Shown here piece after piece: positions 40,779 through 52,469 of a DNA stretch of 64,000 nucleotides. This DNA comes from Lytechinus pictus (taxonomy: Eukaryota). Location of the stretch: assembly GCF_037042905.1 (NCBI RefSeq), contig NC_087251.1:16928001-16992000 (forward strand), written 5' to 3'. Both the position numbers and the translations under genes were made by a program. The notes under the pieces are model-generated. The model saw nothing but the letters and a program-made list of their open reading frames with translations, ran no database searches and was not told the origin of the DNA. Position 1 is the stretch's first letter. Every line of letters begins with the position of its first letter.

Positions 40779-42589
40779 AAGTTTACCCGGTGATGTGGAT
40801 GACTCCAGACCAGGGGATTCTAATGAAGCTCTTCTCACTGGCCGAAATATGATTCATGATTCATCACACAAACTTGTTTTTTGTAATTAAGGTTCAAAAT
40901 TTCGATGATTGAATCAATAGGCCTACTTGAAATCGGCCTATGTTCATATCATTTTGCTTTTAAAAGTATATGACCTTCTACACTGTTCTAAAAACTGTAG
41001 TGCACTTGCAAACGGAAATTCCGCTGAGCATTTTGTAAAAAAAAATATCAACGCATATTATATATTTCACTATAATCATTAACAACTTATGTTTGAATGC
41101 AGATTCATAATTTGCCCATAATTTTTGTATATTCGTTCTATCCTCTCTCCTCATATATTTTTCCTATAATGTGTGAATGACCGAGCGAAGGTTACCCCTT
41201 GATCATACAATCATTCACACGAATGCTATCTTTCGTCTCCTTCAAATGTTTCGTGATATTTTCATCATCTTCTAATTTGGAGCCTCGACTCACGGTTGAA
41301 TGCCACCATTTTCATTAATATAAAAAAGGTAGTGTTGCACATAGCTATTAATGAGCATTTCATATGTTACTATTACCAATTTTCCACGTTATTCCTATAC
41401 CAGCAGCAGGGTCAATGGTGGTTCCAAGACCACTAGATTCAAGATGTATCTTGTACCTTGACTAATCACATACATGGATCCATTTTATCGACTTTTTCTT
41501 CAGCTCAACTACTAGATAGAGATTAGTGTCTCAAAGTGTCCTCGTAAAGTCTCTGCACTAAATATGTGTGCTGATTTTATACGTTGGTTGTTAAAAACAG
41601 CACACCGACGTAGTACATTGACTTCCCCAAAGTACTGAGTTTTTTTTTCTTCATTACACCAAGTGCTGAAAACAAGAACCCTGAAGTGCAGCCACTATAG
41701 GATCCACTCCCTAGGAGATCGTGTATTAGTGCTCAATTTAGCATTTTTTAAGGCAAGGGGAATATGAAACGGCGAAAGGTATGTTAACGTCATTGTCACA
41801 GAAACGTACACAGAATCAAAACTGATCCTCCTAACGTGCCTATACACTGCTACAAGAGAATCAGAGGGGTGCGTTGCAACACCCCTGCATGCACTCGGAG
41901 AGCAAGGATGTACAAAGAGGGATGATCCTGCGATGACAGATCTCTATCCGGATACATGGATCTCTCATTACAAGAGACAAGTAGATCCTCATTTGATCCT
42001 TACCTTCAGACTCACCCAATGCACCACTGAACAAGATGTCATCGAGCTCGTGCTTAAAGGTACAACACCACCGCCATTCTATGTTTGACCCATTACAAAT
42101 CAAGTCACTTTGTTCTTAATGATGTGTCAATTACATATGTATTTTCTGCAGGTAAGGAAGTTGCAAAAACCAAAAAAGACATTGAAAATAATTTATATGC
42201 CTTATATGTTAGTAAAAAAAATCTAAACGAATGTTTAATGCAAGATTTTTGTTGTTCCTTAGCAAAATTTGTTCCCATAGACTACACATCCAAGATTGGT
42301 ACCATAGATGAAACTTTGTTTAACGAAATGATGATAAGACAATAATATTTTGATTTTATATTGATCTCGATAAATCAGAAAAACGTCAATGCTTTACGGA
42401 TCTTGTCCCCCGTCATTGGATTCCGGTTGCTAGCGCGCAATGTTTATGCACGTTCTCCACTCACTGGGGAGCATTCCAGGAGAAGCTTCTTAGCGCAAAT
42501 TGCTAGGCATACTGCATTGACTTTTGGAATATAGTGGGTAATTTGTATTTTATGATACGGTATTAGGTTCATTCAAAAATTTTCTACCG

Positions 42590-42930
42590 AGAACTAGAAC
42601 AATTGGATTGACAACTAATTAAGTGCATTAGTTATTTATTGGTGTAACTTATTTCATCATAATGGAGACACATCATTTACACAATGTATGAAAAATGAAA
42701 CATTTATGATTTCATGTAATAATATAAGAAAAATGGAAGTGGGATGTGACATCATCAGCCCTCCTAATGAATATTCATGACGATGTGCATATAAGGGTTT
42801 TCATAAAATATTGATTAACTTTAAAATTCAATAACTTCGTTATTTGTTATCCGATTTTGATGAAATTTTCAGAATTTTGCTCTGAATTTACTCTATTTAG
42901 ATATAAATATTTTTTGCCCGGACCATCCCT
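42590..42930. mobile_element. Left-truncated copy of the 24467 Kolobok-type element
   Basis: Homologous to 24850-25047, ending GCCCGGACCATCCCT|TTAA. Confidence 0.8.
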
Positions 42931-43139
42931 TTAACACCTTGGGTGGAGAGTAGCAAGGTGTACATTGACGCTCAGCTATGTAGTACCACGATTCGTTATG
43001 AACACACATCGAAACGGTAGCTAGATTATAAAGAAAAATAGAATACGAACAAAATCAGGCAATTCCTCATAAATTAAGACGAACGGCTGAATTGAATGAT
43101 GTCAAAATACATCCATAATGCCTATTTTTATATCGAAAT

Positions 43140-43401
43140 CACTGGCGGATCCAGTGGGGGGGGGGGTACAGGTCGGCTTTGAGAGGCACAATTAAAATTT
43201 GTAATGTAAAAAACAGAAGTGTGCCCCCACCCTTTCGAAAGTGAAGACCTTTTTTTTTTTGGCTTGTCCAATTTTTTTGTGGACGAAATGACCCTTTATC
43301 TTTATTTTTGGTTAAAACCCCCTTTTCCTTTTTTTGGGGGGGTCAAATTTTCCTCGGGAAAATGTGACTCCCCCTTTCGAAAAATCCTGGATCCGTCCCT
43401 G
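43140..43401. mobile_element. hAT-like MITE
   Basis: TIR CACTGGCGGATCCAG...CTGGATCCGTCCCTG. Flanks TCGAAAT and TCTAAAT form a 7-bp TSD with one mismatch. Confidence 0.7.
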
Positions 43402-43937
43402 TCTAAATATATAGGCTTTATTTTTGTCTCAGAAAATCAAGTGATGTATAATAACTAAACACATTTCCTGCCAAAATTTGTTCACAGGAAAATATTTTCA
43501 TATAAAAAGAAAAAAAACTTCCTGGGATTCGAGCTAACCGATATAATGTTTTAGTGCAAATAAGAACATCCCAGACATCCAGGGTCTTTTGTCAAGTTTT
43601 TGTTTGTTCTGCTGATACATCCAGTTTGTTATAAATCAAATATGAGCAATCACTGGCATAGCATTGTTCATCGACAGGGAATATGATCATGACGATTATC
43701 TTGGATGGGTGACGTCATTGAATCGTTTCTGACAATATCATTTTATGATGTTCAAAATAAAATCACATAGGGGACGTTTATTTGGATTGGGGTCTAGTAT
43801 GACCTCGCACAAGAACTTTTGCCTTCACGCTTAAAATGTTGGGCAACATACCGTCCAATGTGTTGGGTAATGTATGTTGGTAAAAATATATATATATTCT
43901 GGGCAATTATTTTCCAATTGAGCCAATTTATTACCCA

Positions 43938-44677
43938 ATTATACTCGGCAAACAAAATGACAAAACAAAATAATATGCGATTATGTCGTGGCTTTATTCA
44001 ATAGAGATGAACACTTTTCCGAATCTGGTGTCACAATCACATAAGTATAAAACATGGATATGAATACCTCTGATTATAGACTTACATTCATGTATGTCTG
44101 GAACCAACCGATAGCCTTTGTTTAGCTCCCCGAAGGGGGGTTAAACCCCCGGCTAGAAGGCCCCCCTCCCAGAAAATTCAACGTTAAATTTCACGGCTGC
44201 TTTCCCACTGGTTCTCTGCTAGCCGGACAGGAATACCAGCACAGCTATTAACTACATGTATGAGCTATCGGCAAATCGGTGGATTACAGATGGCATACTT
44301 ATATCATATAATATACATATATATACCAGCCTTCCCGCATGAGAACTTGGGTGAGGCCAAAATTTCACGAAAAATATAAATGTATACAGAATACCAGCCT
44401 CCCCGCCTATGAGATCAGGTGAGGCCTAAACTGAAAGTTCGAGCGTGACACCCTTACATTCAAATTACAATTGCGTTCCTAAAGTACTATGTAAAGTTAT
44501 AAATAAATCCCCTTCGTCTAGGTACCGAATGAGGACCCGATTCAATATGAAATATTAATCAACGTACATGGCATCAAAGTGGAAAATCTAATAACTAGAG
44601 GCTAAAATATCATTCACTGCTTTACACACCTTGCAAAAGTGACCATTGTGGATTAAAGAACATATGCCATGCCAATA
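43938..44677 (-). repeat. B2 repeat (740 bp); duplicate B1 at 45412-46151
   Basis: Near-identical direct repeat from ATTATACTCGGCAAAC to CCATGCCAATA. Confidence 0.95.
43945..43998 (-). terminator. Candidate polyadenylation signal with downstream U/GU-rich element (second copy of AATAAA at 45467-45472)
   Basis: Minus-strand AATAAA at 43998-43993 followed ~20 nt later by TATTTTGTTTTGTCATTTTGTTTG, just before the element end. Confidence 0.55.
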
Positions 44678-45132
44678 ATATGAGAACTCTATTTAAGTGA
44701 ATTACCAACATATAACGAACACCCAGTCCCAAAAACGGGTAAGGGCGAAAACCCACCTGACCACAGACCAAAATAGATCAGAAGGATAAAATTCCCTTAC
44801 GGCCCACATTTCTAAATACACGACGATCTTTATATTGTTTTGATGTGCGACCAGGCAAACTGCCCCCGGATTTGACTTCGTGTTTCGTTATATAAATCAA
44901 CATTAAATTCATGTAAGTAAAATAATTCAAATGTCCAAATTATTATATAACAATTCTACATCCGTTATTCCATTCATAACGAGCTATACACTCCAATAAA
45001 ACACAAATCAACTCTGAATGATACTTAGAGTATCTTTATTCTCGACCTTCCCCATTGCATGTGTTTAAACATTCCAACATTGTTTGACCCAAACGTAACA
45101 TTTACATGGATGGTTGTTGGGGAGGAGGTGGG

Positions 45133-45416
45133 AAAATTACAAGCGAATATTTTGGACGTTCATCTCCGTTGAAAGCCAAGACTAAAATGAAGGATTTTTC
45201 GCGCCTTCGCCTAGGCGCGCGCCAAAATATGAGCGCTCCTTGCGCCCAGTATAAATTATTGTCATTGTGCGCATAAACAATACCGTCTGGCGCACCATTG
45301 TGACGTATCACCTCGTCAACCGCGCCATTCCAAATTACAAACACCTTCATGACCTGGCTTTGTTCGCCGACCTATAAATCATTTTAAATCGCCGAGTCGT
45401 CTTTAAAATACATTAT
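45133..45416 (-). repeat. A2 repeat (284 bp); duplicate A1 at 52470-52753
   Basis: Apparently identical direct repeat from AAAATTACAAGCG to TTTAAAATACATTAT. Confidence 0.95.
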
Positions 45417-46452
45417 ACTCGGCAAACAAAATGACAAAACAAAATAATATGCGATTATGTCGTGGCTTTATTCAATAGAGATGAACACTTTTCCGAATCT
45501 GGTGTCACAATCACATAAGTATAAAACATGGATATGAATACCTCTGATTATAGACTTACATTCATGTATGTCTGGAACCAACCGATAGCCTTTGTTTAGC
45601 TCCCCGAAGGGGGGTTAAACCCCCGGCTAGAAGGCCCCCCTCCCAGAAAATTCAACGTTAAATTTCACGGCTGCTTTCCCACTGGTTCTCTGCTAGCCGG
45701 ACAGGAATACCAGCACAGCTATTAACTACATGTATGAGCTATCGGCAAATCGGTGGATTACAGATGGCATACTTATATCATATAATATACATATATATAC
45801 CAGCCTTCCCGCATGAGAACTTGGGTGAGGCCAAAATTTCACGAAAAATATAAATGTATACAGAATACCAGCCTCCCCGCCTATGAGATCAGGTGAGGCC
45901 TAAACTGAAAGTTCGAGCGTGACACCCTTACATTCAAATTACAATTGCGTTCCTAAAGTACTATGTAAAGTTATAAATAAATCCCCTTCGTCTAGGTACC
46001 GAATGAGGACCCGATTCAATATGAAATATTAATCAACGTACATGGCATCAAAGTGGAAAATCTAATAACTAGAGGCTAAAATATCATTCACTGCTTTACA
46101 CACCTTGCAAAAGTGACCATTGTGGATTAAAGAACATATTCCATGCCAATATATCTTATGACAACAGTGTTTAGGCGGCATAATTTGACAAATTACCGCC
46201 AAACGAGAATATATTTTATATATATGATCGGCCGCCAAAACACTTCATTAATTTTTAAGCCTTCGTTCATAATTTACTCCAGTTTTGTGTTAGCTGGCCA
46301 AGCTAAATCAGTTATCATGCATAATCAAGAAGGCCTCCAAGCCCTCCATCAATAAATTTAAATGAATCAAAAATATACATCTTTGTACAACCTTTGACGT
46401 CGCTGTCTTTCATGACACAATTACCTGAAGGCTTGCATTCTTTGCCTCTAGA

Positions 46453-46516
<64 letters not shown>
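46453..46516. repeat. (ATT)n followed by poly(T)
   Basis: Read directly from the sequence. Confidence 0.95.
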
Positions 46517-46521
<5 letters not shown>

Positions 46522-46889
46522 ACCTGCTTTCTATATTTGACCAACATACCAGCCCCCTTTTAAACCAGCATGAAATGACATTTAAAAACCAGATAGAAAT
46601 ATTCAATACAAGTATATGAACAAATATCCATCTCAAGTTTAATGAGAGCATGGAAAACACTTCTATGTATTCAATTGTTGGAAACAATCTCCCAATAGAA
46701 ATACATTAAACATAAACCGTGTCAGAACTTCCTTCACAATTAAGATCTGATTACCATGCACAAAACTAAACAAAACATATGAAGGAAGACAAGATAATAT
46801 GCAATTTTAAGTATCATGGTTTTGATACAAACATATTGCAAGCTTCAAAATTGAAATTCATTGCATCACTAATTTTGATAAGTTATCAA

Positions 46890-47722
46890 TGGTGGCTGAA
46901 CGCCATCGGTTTGACCTTAATATAATTAACAAATACTAGCATCCCAACATTGCTAAACTAGCAATGCATGCCGCACTGAGGTACTGCCTCTTTCTTGTTG
47001 CCCAATTTGCCATACATTTATAACAGTGCATGGTTTAACCCTATGCACACAAATAATTCAATTGTGGACAATCGATCAATAAAATCCAACATTTAGCATT
47101 TAGCATTTAGGTAGCATTTAGCTATCGTAGTCACCTCACACTTAATTCCAACAAATACATATCATACCATTCCTGAGTTATAATTGTATTTTTATGGATT
47201 TTGTATACTGTTCTGTTGGAAATGAGATAAAATAAAATCTAAAACTGAAAACTTGAGTAACATCCACAAAATAACCCCATTGGATAATGGGGTATAACCA
47301 TGATAACTGAAGGCACTAAAACTAATTTGATGGCCGACCGCCATAAGTTTGACCATATAGTTAACACATAGAAGCATCCCAACATTGCTAAACCGGCAAT
47401 GCATGCCGCACTGAGGTACTGCCATTTTCTTGTTGCCCCATTTGCCATTTATAACAGTGCATGATTTAACCCTATGCACAAATATAATTCAATTGTAGAC
47501 AATCGATCAATTAAAATCCAACCACAGCATTTAGTTAGTCACCTCACACTTAATTCCAACAAATACATAATTATACCATTCCTGAGTTATAATGGATTTT
47601 GTAAATTGTTCTGTTGAAATGAGATAAAATAAAAACTGAAAGCTTGCGTAACATCCACAGAATAACCCCATATAAAACATGGAGTATAATCATGATAATT
47701 GAAGGCACTAAAACTAATTTGA
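46890..47722. repeat. Diverged tandem duplication of a ~400-430 bp unit inside the split-repeat element
   Basis: AGCATCCCAACATTGCTAAAC at 46939 and 47373; GGCACTAAAACTAATTTGA at 47312 and 47704. Confidence 0.9.
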
Positions 47723-49819
47723 ATATGAAACCTTCCCGATCAGGACTACTCGGTTAGAGCAACACTCCTCAATTAAATATGCTGTTAAACTAAGAACCAG
47801 TTAACATAAACTGGAACTTTACCCGGGATGAATCATTTCGATAATGTTTTCACATATCAACGTAAAGCATGACTGCCTTTTTATTGTTTTATCATCCTCA
47901 CCACATCCATGAAATAATTATTTATTTCAAAAATTAAATAACATCCGAACAAGTAGTCCTTCAAACGATAATGAATAAAATTTGAAGTGGCTTATACATT
48001 GATACATTCATATATGCTTATCCTGAACAATATGTTCCATTCTTGTTGGCAAAAGCATACGTACAAAGGGCTTTCTTCATATGTTCAACATGTTCAAGTT
48101 GAACAATATGGGGGACCTCATAAAAAGTCTGAAACTGAAATCATGACGAATTCATCCTCATATTATATCCTTCAAGACAGCCCACTGTATCATGATGTTT
48201 CAAATATGATCTTTCCCTGTTGCTTGAAGGCTAAAATGTTTGTTCACCAGTTTTTTGACTGAAGAAAAACCTCTATTCCTTGGAATACGTATCAAAACCA
48301 CCTTGTCGGTAAATTAGTTCTATGAAGATGAAGACGTTGACCACTGCTCCAATTAGAGTCATTGCTGGCAACAATACCCAGTTCAGTTCTATTTATTATA
48401 AGAGCGTATTAACGCCCCAAAATGACATCCTTTACTATGGACTCTAAGCTAACTGTTCAGGAAATAGATCCAACCAAAGGGGAACTCTTTGGCAGCCAGA
48501 CTTGGAGCGTTCTAGATCATACTATAGTAGGTCTACCGTCTAATTGTCATCAGACTTTCCTGCCAGCCTACCTTGCCTCGCAGTAGCCCACTTGAATCCC
48601 TTTCATCCAAAGATCCGGCACTGCAAAAGAAAAGAAGAAAAAAAGCCTGGGCAGAACACCAAATTCTATATCTAGTACCAAAACGGGTCTGTCCCTCTGC
48701 TATCCTTTTCGATTTATCACTCTTGTAGGCCCGAAAACCGAAGGACGTATATAACAGAGGTTATGAACATTTCTTCATCTACTGCAAACACACAAGCACT
48801 AGTGAAAGCATATTAAACAATTTGGAAGATTACAATCCTCACCAGTATTGGGGGGGGGGGGGGGCTCAATTGAACCCCCTAAATGCCTATGGAGTTGTAC
48901 CATTTATTCAGAAATAACAAATAAAATATATACATGTATATCCTTCGCCCTCTTTATCATAGCTTCCAATATACGCGTACTTAAATTTTTAGCTTTATAC
49001 GAAACGAGCAGCTTCCCGAAACATCTGAAACCGCCTTCACAGAGTAATCATTAGTCCTGCTCCTTATGTTTCATTTATAACTGCTATTTTCAAATTCCTT
49101 ACAGTATAACCCCAACCAGCGATGCAATATCATCTGCATATATGTGCGTGTTGCAACTTCGACAATATTTCAAAACCAGATTCAATAAGCTTCAAATAAT
49201 CTGTTCCATTTTAGACTATAACTTCTCTTATCATTTTTATTATTTATTATTCTTATTTCAGTATTCGGTTTTACCTCTACACCACTGCAGAAATAATCAA
49301 GCCAAATTACTGCATCCAGCCCATTAGATACATTTTCATAATCAACGGGCCACCAGCACGAATATTTCACACGCTGTCCAATTCCAAGAAGAAGATATAC
49401 TTTTTGGAACCTGGTTTCTGATTGAGCAATCGGTAAATTTCGTTTGATTGGCCAGTATACCTATATGGCTTATTGCATTATTAAGGCATCCGTATATTGT
49501 GTCCCCCGAAGCAACAAAGGGGAAATTATAGTATGGTACAAGATTTCAGACACTTTCCAACACAGGCCCATGCAACACAGGCCCATGTCAATCGACTACA
49601 TCAATTTCTACTGAATGCCTTCAAGAAATTAGCTCATAATTATAAGCTCATCATCATTATTTATTATTTTATTTGCCGCCTTGATCATGTATACCAAATC
49701 TATAATATATTATCATTATTTTAAATGATACTATCGATATTATCTCAGTTCAAATCATTGATCAGCCAAATAGGCCTATTTGATATATATCTTGAACCAT
49801 GAGGTGTAAGGTTCAATTC

Positions 49820-49876
49820 TGAAGCGCTTTGGGCGGTTAGAGGTTGATAAAGCGCTATATAAAAACAATTCAATTC
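49820..49876 (+). mobile_element. Short 3' tail fragment of an L2-type LINE/SINE
   Basis: GAAGCGCTTTGGG...AAAGCGCTATATAAAAAC stem-loop followed by (CAATT) units, resembling the tail of the 1531 SINE. Confidence 0.45.
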
Positions 49877-52469
49877 CAATAGGGCCTAAGCATTTATATT
49901 CTTTCATTTCCACAAGATATAAACCATACAAAATCATTATTAAAAAAAAAAATCAAGGTTCCTTGTTTGGAGGCCCATACTATTATAACAACTGCTCGTT
50001 GAACCCCTTGACTTCAATCTAAACTAAATTGAGGATTCCAAGCTAATTCGAAATTACATCCACATTTTATCATGTGCATGGTAAGTTTACTTTTACATGT
50101 GCCATGTTTCCTCGAAACTTCGAGCTCACAGTTCTACCAAGCATCGGCATTTAATTCATGCAAAGTGAATTCCCAAAACCAACCTCCTTTCAAGGCGTAC
50201 ATGTTTAAACAGAACTGCTTGGTGCAAGTGGAGGTATTTATATTTATAATGATTATCAAAGTGTATTATTACAAAATGCTAATCGCATAATCATAATGAT
50301 AAGCATCATCTGCTACTTTCCGAAATAATGACTGATTCAACAATAACATTTGAAAGCTGAGTAGAATCTATAATTATTACCACTACCGGTCTATCCACAT
50401 AATTTTGCGACCAAGAACACAGCTCTCGCTGGCCCATAATCCAGAAAACGTCATAGAGGTCAAATACTACTTTAATATAGGCCTAACTGAACCATCTGAT
50501 AATAGGGTCTATCCTCAAACATACATGTAAAACCGCGTCTACTGTAAGTAGATCTAACGTTAGGCCGAGCCTAGTTTCAACTTTCACTCTGTGGTGTCAC
50601 CATGCACTGCTGCAGTGCAGTAGACTAGGCCTACTTGTAAATTTATAACAAAGTGACATTTCCCACTCAATTATTTATCAATAATACCGAAAAGTTTAAA
50701 CTTTTCGCCAATCACTAGTAGACCCTCTATTATTCTCACCATTTTTCAAATACGGTGGCTTAAAATTAATCATGGTCCTAAATAGATCTTAGCCTAGACC
50801 ATAACTAGGCCTTAAAATAAGCTGTTACTTTTAGTGTTAGCGCCAATATAGACTACAATTTCCTTTTGATTTTCCATCGTATATACATATTATCGATACT
50901 AGCCGAATTTTTAGAACCGCAATGTTGGCATTCACTGGGCCAAATCCAAACCACCGGCTTCGAAATTATATATTACAACCGTAGGGCCTAGGCTATATCA
51001 TACCCGTCCATAGGCCTAGATCTAGTCATGCAGATGCACTAGGGCCTACGCCTATATATACGCTATACGGTAACCAACGTTATAATTGTTGAACTCATTC
51101 TCAAAACCTCCAATCTCCATCATTACACACCTGGTTCAGACAAAAACAAAGTAGTCAAGTAGGACCAGGTCTAGGCCAGGCTAGGCTTGTGCTTAAATTT
51201 TGAAGCTAACCCCTCCCTTTTCCATCATGATCGTAATTAAAACACTTGGTCTTGGACCAAGTTTAAAATTAATTCCAGGCCAAGTCCAAGTTATGTCTAG
51301 GATCTATGGCTTGACATTTGGTCCTAGGCTAGGCCTACATGTAAATCCCCAATTGCGTTAGCAAGCCAAATCATGGCAAATAGACCCCCCCCCCCCCCCT
51401 GTTTGCCTGACTAAATTTACTAGGCCTAGGGCCTAAAGTTAGGCATTTGATTTGCCTAGCACATGGGAATGGGATCTTCGCGTGCTAACGTAAAAACCGG
51501 GGGGGGGGGGTATTGAAGGGCCATGAAATTGAAACTATGGAAGAGCTTTGTGTCAGACTCAGAGCGTAACTAATCGACTTCTGACCAATAAGAACCTAGG
51601 CCTATTTTTTTTTTTTTTTTTTTAATCTCAGACTAAGGCCTAGGCAGGCCTACTTGCGCTAGTCTAAACTAAGAAAACTCCACAAGTTACAAATCACCCC
51701 GATACTACTAGTACTACTTTTACTAGCACTGTACTCTGTAGCAGGCCTCGATCATTCAACAAGCCTAACTAACATTAACAATACTCAATAGGCTTAATTA
51801 AGTTAGGCCTAGGCCTACTAGTAGTACTAGCCTAGTACTTTAGTAGTACTATTTTTACTAACACTAATCCAGACTGAGACTGAGTCTAGCCTAGATCTAT
51901 TCCTGCTTCCGTACTCACCGGATAGGCTAGGTCTTGCAGAGACTGGAACTTGTAAATTGTCTGGTACCGACCCCTTTCCGTCTGCTAATCCAGACCGTTG
52001 CCTCGGCTCAGCCACAGGCTTCGCATCATACTCGGTCTCGGGAGCTAGTAGTAGTAGGACCTCTGACTCGGGCTCTGACTACCGTAACATTCAATACTCA
52101 TAATCATGATGAATCCCAGTCGACCGTACGTCGTTGAACGGAATTCCATCTCGAGTCAATTTCTCATCGTTGCTGAAACCAAAAAGTTCTAGGACCCAGC
52201 CGATCTGCTACTGCTAGTGCTACTGCTAAGTCATTAAGTGCTAGTGTTATACTTAAGTTATAGCGACAACACGTAGCGTAGCTCCTCGTACGGTACCGTC
52301 GTATAAAACTCGGTTCAAAGCAGACGGTTAATCGTTAGGCCAGGCAAGAAATAGAGAATCCTCAAGTAATTCGGACAGCATTTACAGCTGCATTAAGCAA
52401 AATTAAGATGATTCCCGATCGATGATGGTTTCAACAAAAATTCTTGTAGATCTCGTTGTACTTTGTAGA

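Noticed and set aside
43938..46151. Ordinary LTR retrotransposon/TRIM or simple tandem duplication
   Set aside because: No TG...CA ends, PBS or PPT were seen; a second repeat pair is interleaved, and the real right boundary lies at 52753 where the host MITE resumes.
43938..46151. Hammerhead ribozyme / retrozyme in the terminal repeats
   Set aside because: No CTGANGA...GAAA core with the required flanking helices was found by eye on either strand.
46975..46995. let-7-like miRNA (TGAGGTA seed)
   Set aside because: Only 7 nt match; the following sequence differs from let-7 and no pre-miRNA hairpin is apparent.
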